Positions 35,026 through 45,290 of a stretch of DNA of 64,000 nucleotides are shown here, piece after piece; position 1 is the stretch's first letter, and the number at the start of each line of letters is the position of its first letter. A model generated the notes under the pieces. That model ran no database searches, was not told the DNA's origin, and worked only from the letters and a program-made list of their open reading frames with translations. The position numbers and the translations under genes are program-made. Source of the stretch: Candidatus Micrarchaeaceae archaeon (lineage in GTDB: Bacteria; Chloroflexota; Dormibacteria; Aeolococcales; Bog-877); assembly GCA_035531715.1 (NCBI GenBank), contig DATKSI010000034.1:7822-71821 (forward strand), in the 5' to 3' direction.

Positions 35026-36801
35026 GTGCAGATGCCCGGCGCGCGAAAAGGGTGGCTGCCCCAGCGACAGCCGGGCACGCGGGCAAATCCTCCCGGTGCC
35101 CACTACAAATGGGTCGCCCTGTCCAACACGACGCTCGGGGTGATGCTGGTGACGATCGACGCCACCATCATGATCATCGCCATGCCGGACATCTTTCGGG
35201 GTATCGGGCTGGATCCGCTACTCCCCGGCAACAGCTTCTACCTGCTCTGGATGATCCTCTCCTACCTGATCGTCTCCAGCGTGCTGGTGGTCAGCTTCGG
35301 CCGGCTTGGGGACATCTTCGGCCGCGTGCGGATCTACAACCTCGGCTTCGTCATCTACACCATCGGATCAATCCTGTTGTCGATCACCTGGATGACCGGT
35401 CAGTCGGGGGCCCTCTGGTTGGTTCTGATGCGGGTGGTGCAGGGGGTGGGTGGCGCCTTCCTGATCGCCAACTCAGCCGCGATCCTCACCGACGCCTTCC
35501 CCGAGCATCAGCGCGGACTGGCGCTGGGGATCAACAACGTGGCCGGCATCAGCGGGTCCTTCGTCGGGCTGGTGCTCGGGGGGATCCTGGGCGCCATCGA
35601 CTGGCGGCTGGTCTTTCTCGTCTCAGTTCCGGTGGGGGTGGCCGGGACCATTTGGTCCTACCTCAAGCTCCGGGATCTGGGGCTGCGCCACCGCACCTCG
35701 ATCGACTGGTGGGGCAACCTGACCTTTGCCGCTGGACTGATCCTGATGATGATCGGGGTGACCTACGGGATCGAGCCGTACCACCACCAAGCCATGGCTT
35801 GGACCAGCCCGACCGTTCTCGTCGAGCTGGGATTGGGGGCGATCTTGTTGGCGGTCTTCTGCCTGATCGAGTTGAGGGTCAAGGCGCCGATGTTCCGGCT
35901 CACCCTTTTTCGCATCCGCGCCTACACTTTCGGGACCATCTCCAGCTTCCTCGCGGCCCTGGGGCGAGGCGGCCTGATGTTCATGATGGTCATCTGGCTG
36001 CAGGGGATTTGGCTGCCGCTGCACGGGTACAGCTTCGCCGCCACCCCCCTCTGGGCGGGGATCTACATGATGCCGCTGACCGCGGGCTTTCTCCTCGCCG
36101 GGCCGGTGTCGGGCGCCCTCTCCGACCGCTTCGGGGCTCGGCCCTTCGCCACCGGGGGGATGCTCGCCGCCGCGGCCAGCTTCCTGCTGCTGGAGTTCCT
36201 GCCGATCAATTTCCCCTACGGTCTCTTCGCCCCCCTGCTGCTGCTGAATGGACTGGGGATGGGCGCCTTCGCGTCGCCGAATCGGGCGGCGGTGATGAAC
36301 AGCCTGCCTCCGGAACATCGGGGCGCTGGCGGCGGGATGAATGCCACCTTCCAGAGCTCGGCCCAGGTGCTCTCGATCGGCATCTTTTTCACCCTGGTGA
36401 TCGTGGGGTTGGCCGGGACGCTCTCCACCAGCCTGGAACAGGGGCTGGTCTTGCACGGCGTGCCGCGGGCGGCGGCCGTCAGGGCTGCCTCCCTGCCGCC
36501 CGTCTCGACCCTGTTTGCCGCCTTCTTGGGCTACAACCCGATGCTCCATCTGCTGGGGGCACACGCTCTGGCGACCCTCCCTCGGGCGACGACAGCCTTG
36601 CTCACGGGGCGCAGCTTCTTCCCCCACCTGATCTCCAAGCCATTCGGGGCCGGACTGCATGCCGCGTTCGATTTCTCGATCGGCTGCTGTCTCATCGCAG
36701 CCGCAGCTTCATGGTCCCGGGGCAAGCGCTACGTCTTTCGCGCCTCTGCGTCGCCGGCCTCCGGTCTGGGGGAGATGATCTCCCCCGGTGACACTCCCTA
36801 G
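35026..36801 (+). CDS. MFS transporter, DHA2-like
   Basis: VTIDATIMIIAMPDIFRGIG..YLIVSSVLVVSFGRLGDIFGR with many TM helices. Start is GTG 35026 or ATG 35032. Confidence 0.8.
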   Translation: MQMPGARKGWLPQRQPGTRANPPGAHYKWVALSNTTLGVMLVTIDATIMIIAMPDIFRGIGLDPLLPGNSFYLLWMILSYLIVSSVLVVSFGRLGDIFGRVRIYNLGFVIYTIGSILLSITWMTGQSGALWLVLMRVVQGVGGAFLIANSAAILTDAFPEHQRGLALGINNVAGISGSFVGLVLGGILGAIDWRLVFLVSVPVGVAGTIWSYLKLRDLGLRHRTSIDWWGNLTFAAGLILMMIGVTYGIEPYHHQAMAWTSPTVLVELGLGAILLAVFCLIELRVKAPMFRLTLFRIRAYTFGTISSFLAALGRGGLMFMMVIWLQGIWLPLHGYSFAATPLWAGIYMMPLTAGFLLAGPVSGALSDRFGARPFATGGMLAAAASFLLLEFLPINFPYGLFAPLLLLNGLGMGAFASPNRAAVMNSLPPEHRGAGGGMNATFQSSAQVLSIGIFFTLVIVGLAGTLSTSLEQGLVLHGVPRAAAVRAASLPPVSTLFAAFLGYNPMLHLLGAHALATLPRATTALLTGRSFFPHLISKPFGAGLHAAFDFSIGCCLIAAAASWSRGKRYVFRASASPASGLGEMISPGDTP

Positions 36802-37008
36802 CGGCGCCGCGGGGCCCCGGTGGCGCTGCCGCCCTCGGGGCGGTTGGCCCTGGCCAACTCCCAAGTCCGAAGATCAACCACCATTTCATCTCCGGTGGCG
36901 CTGGAGGATCCTCCCGGGTCAAACCCTGAGCAGAGCGGCAGCCTCCCTCCATCTCCCGAGATGGGCCGCTCTTGCGCTGATGGCGACCGCTCCCGAAGAC
37001 GGTTGATG

Positions 37009-38367
37009 CTAGCGGCGACCGTCGACGGTTAACCGCGACTGCGGCTTGGGCTGCTCTGCGGGGGCCAGGCCGTCCAGGAGCCGAGACCCGCGCAACGCTA
37101 GCTCGAGCCGAAGCCGATCCTCTGTTTCGCCCCAACTTCCGACCAGCTCTTCAATTCGCTCCAGTCGATAAAGGAGGGTGTGGCGGTGGACCCCCAGCGA
37201 CCGGGCGGCGGCGCTCAGTCCCTCATGGCTCAGCACCGCCTCCAGAGTCTGGCGCAGCGGCAGGCTCCTTGTCCGCTCTCTTTCCAAAAGAGGCCCGAGC
37301 GCGTCCTCCACGAACTCCCGCAGACCCGGAAGGTCGTGGACCCAGGCCAAGTAGGGATGGAGCTTGGCCGAGTCATATACCTGCTGGTCGGGCATCAGGA
37401 TCTGTCCGACGCTGAGGGCGTCACGGGCTGAGCGAACTGCCGCTGGCACCTCGCCAAGCGTGGCCACGGTGGGTCCCTGCGCCATCTGCCAGGGAGCTCG
37501 ACCCAAGCCCCCCGCCACCTGGAGGAGCCGCTCCAGGGTCCCCATCCGCACCTGGCTCGGCACCAGCGCCACCACGGTGGACTGGTACAGGGCGACGTGG
37601 GCGCCGACCACCATCCAGGCGGTGGCGACCGTCGCCTCGGCGGAGGCGTCATCGGCTCCCACGGCAACGATCCGGTAGGGGAACTCCAGCACCGTCCCGC
37701 CCTCGGCAGCTTTGGCCACCATGTCCTGGTCTGCCGTGCCGCCCAGGACGTCGCTGAAGAATTGGTCGTACTGGCGGTCCTGTTCGCGCCGGACCCTCTC
37801 CCGGGTTTCGAGGTAGCTGGTGCTGACCGCCACGCTGATGGCGTCGAGGTAATCGAAGAGAGGCCCGACGGCGGTCAGCACCGACTGGGCTTCGATCTCC
37901 GGGTGGATTCGCACGGCGTCAATCACGTGCTGCCAGATGACCAGGGCGGCGACCCGGTAGGCTCGGAGGATCGCGTCGAGGGGGACGCCGGTGCTGGCCA
38001 GCCGTCCGCCCATGCGGGAGAGCTGCTGCAGCTCGGCCTGGGAAGGGGGACGGGACTCGTCCCAGAGGGAGAGCATGGTCCCAACTCCCTCTCGGCAGGC
38101 GGCGAGCACCTCGCTCCCGAAGGCGGAGCCGCCGCCGACGCCCTCGGCCAGGGGGATCGCCCGAGCCATCTCGATCGCCATGCGCCGGGCGACCCGGTCG
38201 ACCCGGCGACGCAACGACTGGATGATGATCGGGCTGACCGATGGGGTCGCCGAGTAGCCGCGGCGGTCGCGCTTACCCGCGCGTCTACTCTCGGCCTGGG
38301 AGGACATCGCTCTCCCAGAATAGATCAGCTCAACTGGGACGGCGGCAAGCAGGATCCCGCCTTCCAC
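37009..38367 (-). CDS. PucR/CdaR family transcriptional regulator
   Basis: C-terminal HTH LRQTLEAVLSHEGLSAAARSLGVHRHTLLYRLERIEELVG. Start uncertain (ATG 38307 possible). Confidence 0.75.
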   Translation of the reverse strand: MEGGILLAAVPVELIYSGRAMSSQAESRRAGKRDRRGYSATPSVSPIIIQSLRRRVDRVARRMAIEMARAIPLAEGVGGGSAFGSEVLAACREGVGTMLSLWDESRPPSQAELQQLSRMGGRLASTGVPLDAILRAYRVAALVIWQHVIDAVRIHPEIEAQSVLTAVGPLFDYLDAISVAVSTSYLETRERVRREQDRQYDQFFSDVLGGTADQDMVAKAAEGGTVLEFPYRIVAVGADDASAEATVATAWMVVGAHVALYQSTVVALVPSQVRMGTLERLLQVAGGLGRAPWQMAQGPTVATLGEVPAAVRSARDALSVGQILMPDQQVYDSAKLHPYLAWVHDLPGLREFVEDALGPLLERERTRSLPLRQTLEAVLSHEGLSAAARSLGVHRHTLLYRLERIEELVGSWGETEDRLRLELALRGSRLLDGLAPAEQPKPQSRLTVDGRR

Positions 38368-38390
38368 CTCGGCTCGGGGGACCTGACCCG

Positions 38391-38876
38391 GTGACTCATC
38401 TGCCCACGCTCCCTCCCCGGCGGCTACTTGGAACTCTGCGACGGCGAGCAGGAGTTGCCCGGTTGGCGATGACCGTGGCGCTGGCTTTCACGATCCAGGG
38501 ATGCGGTGCGGCCCCAGCGGCCCAGACGGACTCCGCTCCTCAGGCGAGTGCGGGCACCAGCTGTCGGCTGACGGTCAGCATCACCACCACCTCGGGCACC
38601 ACCTGGGGCGCGGTCACCGCCGCCTCGGGGAGCGCCACCTTCTCCTTCGGGGGGGCCCGCCGGACGGTGGGCATCCCGTGTGGTGCTAAGGTCCAGCTCC
38701 GCGAGAGTCCCACCGACTCCAACAGTGCGCCTTTTCAGCTGTGGCGCGTGGGCTCGAGGACGGTGATGGGAACCCGGACCTCGACGGTGGTGACCGGCCC
38801 GGTCGAGGTCCAGGCCGTCTATCGCGTGGTCGGTTTGAGCTCTCCAACTCCGACGCCCTCGCCTTCCGGGAACTAA
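38391..38876 (+). CDS. Hypothetical lipoprotein
   Basis: A GTG 38391 start gives an Arg-rich signal peptide with lipobox AFTIQGC. Ser/Thr-rich mature part with a Pro/Thr tail. Confidence 0.5.
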   Translation: MTHLPTLPPRRLLGTLRRRAGVARLAMTVALAFTIQGCGAAPAAQTDSAPQASAGTSCRLTVSITTTSGTTWGAVTAASGSATFSFGGARRTVGIPCGAKVQLRESPTDSNSAPFQLWRVGSRTVMGTRTSTVVTGPVEVQAVYRVVGLSSPTPTPSPSGN

Positions 38877-38902
38877 AGTCGGAACCAACTCCCCGCTGAG
38901 AG

Positions 38903-39967
38903 GTGAGAGTCAGGAGGACAGTCCCAGTGCTAGCCGCCTTTGCGACCGCCGTCGGCGGGGCCCAGCCGCTCGACAACCTGGTGGTGGGAGAGCGGGAGAT
39001 TCCGACCCCTCAGCGGGGCGCGGTCAGGCTCCGCACTCGAGCTGCCTCGCTCAATCGCCATGACCTCTGGACCCTGGCCGGGATCGGTGGACCGGCGACC
39101 TTCCCTTGGACTTTGGGCTGCGATGTCGCAGGCACGGTGGACGCGTACGGCCCAGACACGCCGGAGAGGATCCCGGTCGGAACCCCGGTGGTGGCCCACG
39201 CCGTGATCACCTGCGGAGTGTGCGATGCCTGCCTCGGGCCGGACGAGACCAGTTGTCGGAAGTTCTCGATGCTCAGCGAGAACAGCTGGGAGGGCACCTT
39301 CGGCGAGTTCTGCCTGGTGCCCGCCCAAAACCTGTTTCCCCTTCCTCCGGATCTAAGTTTCGAACAGGCGGCATGCCTTCCGACCGCTTATCTGACCGCC
39401 TATCGGATGCTCTTCACCAAGGCTGCCCTGCGCCCCGGGGAGACGGTCCTGATCCAGGGCGCGGGCGGTGGCCTATCGACCGCTGCGGAAGCCCTGGCTC
39501 TGGCGGGCGGACTGAGGGTCATCGTCTCCAGCCGCGACCCGGTCAAGCGATCTGCTGCCCTCGCACGGGGGGTCCACTTTGCCATTGCCACCGGAAAGGA
39601 GGCGGTAGGAGAGGTACTCGGCCTGACTTCAGGTGAGGGGGTCCACGCGGTCATCGAGTCCGTGGGGGAGGCCACCTGGGCCACCACGCTCAGGGCACTC
39701 AGGCGAGGCGGCGCGGTGGTCGTCGCAGGAGCCACCACCGGCGCCGACCCGCCAGCCGACCTCCGCCGCGTCTTCTGGCGCCAGCTCCGGATTCTGGGCT
39801 CGACGATGGGCACCCGGGCGGAATTCTCCGCGCTCCTGGACACCGTCCGAGCCACGGGGGTCCGACCGCTGATCGACCAGAGCTACCCCCTGGCCGAGGC
39901 ACGGGAGGCGTTGCGGCAACTCGAGTCCGGCGCGGTGACCGGCAAGCTGGTTCTGATCGCCAGCTGA
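38903..39967 (+). CDS. Zinc-type alcohol dehydrogenase/quinone oxidoreductase (MDR superfamily)
   Basis: LNRHDLW...PWTLGCDVAGTV..., GETVLIQGAGGGLSTAAEALA (Rossmann) and GKLVLI at the C-terminus. Confidence 0.8.
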   Translation: MRVRRTVPVLAAFATAVGGAQPLDNLVVGEREIPTPQRGAVRLRTRAASLNRHDLWTLAGIGGPATFPWTLGCDVAGTVDAYGPDTPERIPVGTPVVAHAVITCGVCDACLGPDETSCRKFSMLSENSWEGTFGEFCLVPAQNLFPLPPDLSFEQAACLPTAYLTAYRMLFTKAALRPGETVLIQGAGGGLSTAAEALALAGGLRVIVSSRDPVKRSAALARGVHFAIATGKEAVGEVLGLTSGEGVHAVIESVGEATWATTLRALRRGGAVVVAGATTGADPPADLRRVFWRQLRILGSTMGTRAEFSALLDTVRATGVRPLIDQSYPLAEAREALRQLESGAVTGKLVLIAS

Positions 39968-40088
39968 TCGGCTGACTACCCGATCGGGCGAGGCACCAGC
40001 GTTCTCGGGCCGACGAGATGGCCTCTGACCCTGCGAATCGAATCCTGCACCGCCATTCACGGGCTGAGGAGCCATTAGCTAGCATCCA

Positions 40089-40907
40089 GTGCGGATGATC
40101 CGCACCGTGACCGGACTGGCTGCCAGTGCCTTGGCGGCGGTCGTCTGCAGCGGACTGGCTGGTTGCGCCACCAAGCTCATCACCCACCCCCACCCCAGTC
40201 CCTCTCCGACTCACTACCAACTCGCGAGTCCCGCCGCCTCCCCGAGCACTCCCGCCACGATCACCCTGGTCCTTGCGGTGAGCACTTTGCCGACGACCTT
40301 CGGGGTTCCCGGCGACAACCCTGGCTACCCAACCACCCTCACCGTTGCCGTACCGCCCTCGTTCTCCGGTCAGGTCGCGGCCTACGGAGTCGCCGGTACT
40401 GTGATCGTGGGGCCGTCCGGCTGGACAGGAAGTGGTCAGGTGGGCGCCGACGGGAGTCGTGGATTCACCCTCTCACCCAGTGGGGAATCGGCCGGGGCAG
40501 GTTCCGAGATGGTCTTCCGGTTCGACGGGGCCTGCGCGGGGTGTGCCTGGAGCGATGCCACCACGTACTTTCCGGAAGTAGCCGCCGCGGCTCCTTCGGC
40601 TGGACTGGGATCGGAGCCGACGCCCCTGCCTGGACTCCAGACCGAGCCCCTGGCTGCGGGTTTGATCGGGTACAGCCTGCCAGCTTCGCTACCCGGTGAT
40701 CAGGTCGACGGCGTCGCCTACACCAACCTCCCGGCGGCGACCACCGACCCAATCTTCGACAGCCTCGAGCTGACTCTGCCGGCCGCAGAACATCCCTTGG
40801 CGACGGTGCTCCTCAATGCCTTGGTCGCCAACCAGGACCGGTACGTCTGCCCGAGCGGTTCGGCCTCCCCGAGCATCCCGCTTTCGCTCAGCGCGGGCAC
40901 CTGCTAG
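40089..40907 (+). CDS. Hypothetical lipoprotein
   Basis: Signal peptide with lipobox GLAGC, followed by a Pro/Ser/Thr-rich linker. No family recognised. Confidence 0.55.
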   Translation: MRMIRTVTGLAASALAAVVCSGLAGCATKLITHPHPSPSPTHYQLASPAASPSTPATITLVLAVSTLPTTFGVPGDNPGYPTTLTVAVPPSFSGQVAAYGVAGTVIVGPSGWTGSGQVGADGSRGFTLSPSGESAGAGSEMVFRFDGACAGCAWSDATTYFPEVAAAAPSAGLGSEPTPLPGLQTEPLAAGLIGYSLPASLPGDQVDGVAYTNLPAATTDPIFDSLELTLPAAEHPLATVLLNALVANQDRYVCPSGSASPSIPLSLSAGTC

Positions 40908-41143
40908 GGAGCCTGCTCGCTTGCAGGAAAGGTACCGGGAGGACCCGAACTGCCCCTCTAAAGACCGCCGCAGCTGCGACCGGGCGGGTCAGGTCGACTG
41001 GGCCGTTGCGGATTGCTTTTGCGGCCGCCTCCGGCGGCATGACTGGTCCGGTCCGGTTCCACCGGAAAGGGTCACGCCGGTCTGGCGAGGGAGCGCAATG
41101 CGGCGATTCGGCGCCCGAGTCGAGACCGAGGTCGAGCACCGCA

Positions 41144-41578
41144 CTAGGGGAGCGAGTCTAGCTCTGATACGAGGCGCCGAACTCGTTCGGTGATCTGATC
41201 GCGGAGGGCGCGGACCTCGGCCAGAGGTCGCCCTTTCGGATCAGGTAGATCCCAGTCGATGTAGCGCTTCCCGGCAATGTAGGGGCAGGCATCCCCGCAC
41301 CCCATGGTGACCACCACGTCAGCCCACTCAGCTAGCTCCGACGTGAGCGGTTGAGGCGTGCGGTCAGCGAGCTCGAAGTGGAGCTCGTGCATCACCGCCG
41401 CCACCTCCGGATGCACTCTCTCAGCGGGCGCGGTTCCGGCGGAGAGGGCCCGATGGCGACCTTGACTGGCCTGCGAAAACAACGCCTCGCTCATCTGGGA
41501 ACGACCGGCGTTGTGGAGACAAACAAATAGCACGTTGCTCACTCGACCAGCTCCAGATCGACCGGGTGCGGAGGCCAC
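41144..41578 (-). CDS. arsC: Arsenate reductase, low-molecular-weight phosphatase type
   Basis: VLFVCLHNAGRSQMSEALF (CX5R P-loop) and VVTMGCGDACP. The start may be GTG 41542. Confidence 0.8.
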   Translation of the reverse strand: MASAPGRSGAGRVSNVLFVCLHNAGRSQMSEALFSQASQGRHRALSAGTAPAERVHPEVAAVMHELHFELADRTPQPLTSELAEWADVVVTMGCGDACPYIAGKRYIDWDLPDPKGRPLAEVRALRDQITERVRRLVSELDSLP

Positions 41579-41890
41579 CCCGAGCCCGCCGTCACCTCCG
41601 TCGACGGGCGGAGGCGAAGGGGAGCCAGCGGTTGCCCGATGTTGGCCGCCACCTCGTTCATCCCGAGATCGTATCCAAGGTTCGAATGGATGCGCCGTTG
41701 GCGCGGCGGAAACGCTCTAGTTCCCCGGCGATCCCGTCCCGGGAGTTCCCGGGCCCCAGAGCTGCCGGGCAAGCCCCGACCCGATGACCGCGACCAAGAG
41801 CACGGCGGTGCCCAAGAACCATCTCGGCCATCCGCGGCCATCCTTTTGGCGAGCCATTGTCGGCCGGTCGGTGCGGCACCTGCAGCAGGA

Positions 41891-42652
41891 TCAGCTGTCG
41901 CCCGGCGAGGGTTTCTGGGCACGAATGTAGGCGCTCCCGATCCGCCCTTCCAGCCCCGGTCGGCAGAGCGTGTCCTGAACCTCGATCTGGACATCCTCGA
42001 ACCCGGCCTCCAGGAGCATAGAACGGTATTGACCGATCGGGATGGTGCCGGCCACACAGCCCGCCCAGTCGTCCAAGTTGAGCTTTGCCGCCGGGTCCAG
42101 GGGCTCCACCTCGACCATATCGGCCACCGCCAGCCGACCACCCGGCTTCAGTACTCGAAAGGCCTCGCGTACCACCGGCGCTTTCTCCTCGGCCAGATTG
42201 ATCACGCAGTTGGAGATGACTACGTCGACGGTGCGGTCGAGAAGAGGGATGCTTTCGATCGTCCCTTTGAGGAAGGTGGCGTTCTCGATACCCGCTTGCT
42301 CCCGATTCCGGTTGGCCAGCGCCAGCATCTCGTCGGTCATGTCGAGGCCGTACACATGGCCCCCGGGAGCGACGCGCCGGGCCGAGAGCAGCACGTCCAG
42401 CCCACCACCGCTGCCCAGGTCAAGGACGATCTCGCCGGGAGCCAGCTTGGCCAGCATCGTGGGATTGCCACACCCGAGACTCTGGGTCTCCGCCAGCCCT
42501 AGGGCCGAAAGCTCCCGGCCGGAATAGCCGGGCGAGCAACTACTGCCGGTCGAGCCGCAGCAGCCCCCCGGATCGGTGATCTCCTGCGCCAGCTTCGCAT
42601 ATCGGAGTCGGACCTGCTCTTGAGTCGAGCTCACTTCGATCCCCTGTTCCAT
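41891..42652 (-). CDS. arsM: Arsenite S-adenosylmethionine methyltransferase
   Basis: Cys-rich N-terminus (GGCCGSTGSSCSP), LGCGNPT and VLDLGSGGGLDVLLSA (SAM motif I). Confidence 0.8.
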   Translation of the reverse strand: MEQGIEVSSTQEQVRLRYAKLAQEITDPGGCCGSTGSSCSPGYSGRELSALGLAETQSLGCGNPTMLAKLAPGEIVLDLGSGGGLDVLLSARRVAPGGHVYGLDMTDEMLALANRNREQAGIENATFLKGTIESIPLLDRTVDVVISNCVINLAEEKAPVVREAFRVLKPGGRLAVADMVEVEPLDPAAKLNLDDWAGCVAGTIPIGQYRSMLLEAGFEDVQIEVQDTLCRPGLEGRIGSAYIRAQKPSPGDS

Positions 42653-43127
42653 CGATGATTGTCGATAGGCTCAGAGGGTACAGCCACAGATCGACAGATG
42701 TCAATGGGTCGGGCAGAAGTGAGGCGAGACAGTCCGGCAGTGAGGCAGCGGCTGCGGACTAGCCCCGGCCCTGGCCCAGGAGCCCCTCGGCGTGAGCCGC
42801 CGAGCCATGCCAGGTTCTGGGCGATTCCACCCGCTTCACCACGCTGGCGCCAATCTGCGAGTCGTCAGCTCCCTGATTCGGATCTGCGGCTTCGCCGCCG
42901 TCGCTCATCGCCATGGCGATCGCCGTCTTTGATCCCCCAACTGCGCCCTATCGGTACTCGGAACCCCCGCCGCAGCAGCTGACCGAGCTGACTCCCCGAG
43001 CTGGGTCGGTTACCGGCTTCGCCCTGCACTAGACGCCTGAATGAACCACCGGCTTCAGAGCACACGATCAAGCCGTCGGGTGACATCCTTATCGCTGAGC
43101 AAGCAAGGGCTGCGCCGGGGGATCTCG

Positions 43128-44789
43128 ATGGCAACTCATCCGCTTTCCATCCACGCCACCGAATACGACACGGTCGTCATCGGCGGGGGCCACAATGGCC
43201 TGATCTGCGCTGCCTACCTGGCACGGGCAGGACAGCGGGTCGCCGTGCTCGAGTCGCGAGATCGGGTGGGGGGAGCGGCGGTGACCGAGGAGGTCTGGCC
43301 CGGCTACCGAGTCTCGGTCCTCTCCTACGTGGTTAGCTTGCTCCGACCGGCGGTGGTTCGTGAGCTTGGCCTGGAACGCTTCGGCTACGAGGTCTATCCG
43401 CTCGATCCGGCCTATTTCATGCCCTTCCCCGACGGACGCTGCTTCTTCTACTGGGAGGATGTGGATCGGGCCGCGGAAGAGGTGGCCAAGTTCTCGACCC
43501 ACGATGCCCGTGCCCTGCTCGAGTACGACCGGGTGATCGGGAGGTTGGTCAAGGTGGTGCGACCCCTGCTCGACCAGGCGCCGCCTCGCCTGGATCGCCT
43601 TCGTCCTGGAGAGCTCGGGCCGTTGCTTAAACTGGGCCGCCACCTCCTGGGCAACCGCGATGAACTGCGAGAGCTCGCCGACATCATGACCATGTCGGTC
43701 TCCGACTACCTCGACCAGTGGTTCGACGACCCGGCGATCAAGGGGGCGCTCTCTCCCGGAGGCGTCATCGGCGCCTGGGCCGGCCCGCACTCCCCGGGGA
43801 CGGCCTATGTGCTGCTCCACCACCGTCTGGGTGAAGCCGGCGGACAGCGCGGGGGATGGGGCTTCGTCAAGGGGGGCATGGGGGCACTCTCGGAGATTCT
43901 CGCCCGTGCGGGTCGGGCCTACGGCGCGGAGATTCATACCGGCGCACCGGTGCAGCGGATCCTGGTCAAAGGTGGCCGGGCTCAGGGCGTCGTGCTTCAG
44001 GATGGCACCGAGTTGGCGAGCCAGCGAGTGATCTCTGCCATTCACCCCCAGACCACCCTGCTGGAGCTGGTTGGGCGCGAGCACCTGCCAGCTGACCTGG
44101 TCTTGGAGATGGAGCGATACCGCAGCCGGAGCGGCTCGGCCAAGGTGAACCTCGCCCTGGCCGAGCTACCCAACTTCCGAGCCCGGCCGGGCGGACAACC
44201 GGGACCCCAGCATCCAGAGTTCATCATCAGCCCTTCGATCGACTACCTTGACCGGGCCTGGAACGACGCTCTGGGTGGCGGGTGGAGCCCAGAGCCCATG
44301 ATGGACTGCGTCATTCCGACCACCAAGGACGCCACCCTGGCCCCGCCCAGCCGGCACATCCTGACCTGCTTTGTCCAATATGCCCCCTATCAGCTTTCGG
44401 GCGACAGTTGGGAGTCCGCGCGGGAGCGGTTCGCCGACCGAGTCGTGGAGCTGCTCGGCGAATACGCTCCCAACCTTCCGGGCGCGGTGCTGCACCGCCA
44501 GGTGGTCACCCCGCTGGATATGGAGACCGTCTACGGACTGGTGGGTGGAAACATCTTTCACGGGGAGATGTCCTTGGACCAGCTCTTTTCCCTGCGCCCG
44601 GCCTTCGCGGCCGGGTCCTATCGCACGCCGGTGGCGGGACTCTACCTGGGCGGATCCGGCACCCACCCCGGGGGAGGCGTGATGGGGGCGCCGGGAAGGA
44701 ACGCGGCCCGGGCGGCACTGGGCGACCAGCGCCTGGGCCGATGGGCGTCACGGGCGCGAGGCTGGCGGTTAGCCCCCCGTCCAAGCTGA
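43128..44789 (+). CDS. NAD(P)/FAD-dependent oxidoreductase, phytoene desaturase (CrtI-like) family
   Basis: YDTVVIGGGHNGLICAAYLARAGQRVAVLESRDRVGGAA is a dinucleotide-binding fold, and the length is ~553 aa. ATG 43128. Confidence 0.8.
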   Translation: MATHPLSIHATEYDTVVIGGGHNGLICAAYLARAGQRVAVLESRDRVGGAAVTEEVWPGYRVSVLSYVVSLLRPAVVRELGLERFGYEVYPLDPAYFMPFPDGRCFFYWEDVDRAAEEVAKFSTHDARALLEYDRVIGRLVKVVRPLLDQAPPRLDRLRPGELGPLLKLGRHLLGNRDELRELADIMTMSVSDYLDQWFDDPAIKGALSPGGVIGAWAGPHSPGTAYVLLHHRLGEAGGQRGGWGFVKGGMGALSEILARAGRAYGAEIHTGAPVQRILVKGGRAQGVVLQDGTELASQRVISAIHPQTTLLELVGREHLPADLVLEMERYRSRSGSAKVNLALAELPNFRARPGGQPGPQHPEFIISPSIDYLDRAWNDALGGGWSPEPMMDCVIPTTKDATLAPPSRHILTCFVQYAPYQLSGDSWESARERFADRVVELLGEYAPNLPGAVLHRQVVTPLDMETVYGLVGGNIFHGEMSLDQLFSLRPAFAAGSYRTPVAGLYLGGSGTHPGGGVMGAPGRNAARAALGDQRLGRWASRARGWRLAPRPS

Positions 44790-44883
44790 ACTCAATGCGA
44801 GCCCCGCGTCCCGGGCGCTACCCGGGCCGGCTGCGACGAGCTCCACGCAGCGAGAAGTTCCCGACCTGTTTCGGCACCAACAG

Positions 44884-45168
44884 TCAGGTCCGGCCATCGA
44901 TTAGTTCAAGGGCGGCATCAAGATATCCAGCTTGAACGCCAGTCTCGCTGATCAGATTCAGCATGGTCTCCCGGAGATGGGCGTATCGCCAGGTGGGCCT
45001 GCAGCGTTCCACCGGCCACCGAGCCCCCGCTGTGTCGGGTGGAGTGGCTTCATTTACGGCGGTCGTGAGCTCCGCTTCGGGCCGGCATAAGTCGAACAGT
45101 GTCTCGACGGGTACGCCGACCCCCCCAGGCGGCCGCCCGAGACCGCCGTGGCCTGGTCTGGCGGCCAA
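44884..45168 (-). CDS. Hypothetical protein
   Basis: ORF only; no recognisable motif. Codon-usage support could not be computed. Confidence 0.25.
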   Translation of the reverse strand: MAARPGHGGLGRPPGGVGVPVETLFDLCRPEAELTTAVNEATPPDTAGARWPVERCRPTWRYAHLRETMLNLISETGVQAGYLDAALELIDGRT

Positions 45169-45245
45169 GTCAGGCTGCCTTCCGGAGACGCTCGGTCAAA
45201 CTGACCGAGCCCCCAGCGAGGCTTGACCTGGGCAACACCGGCGGC

Positions 45246-45290
45246 TAAGATACATAACGTCACCTTTATGAAAGAGTTCTTTATTTGAAT
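45246..45290 (+). promoter_or_regulatory. AT-rich island with inverted repeat CATAA-N8-TTATG upstream of/overlapping the arsR-family start
   Basis: gctaagatacataacgtcacctttatgaaagagttctttatttgaat stands out against the high-GC background. Inverted-repeat arms at 45253-45257 and 45266-45270. Confidence 0.3.

Noticed and set aside
42659-43134. ORFs 42659-42982 (+) and 42865-43134 (-) as candidate ArsR or other small genes upstream of arsM.
   Set aside because: The products are Arg/Ser/Pro-rich with no HTH or other motif. A 53-aa minus-strand ORF here also lacks any recognisable feature.
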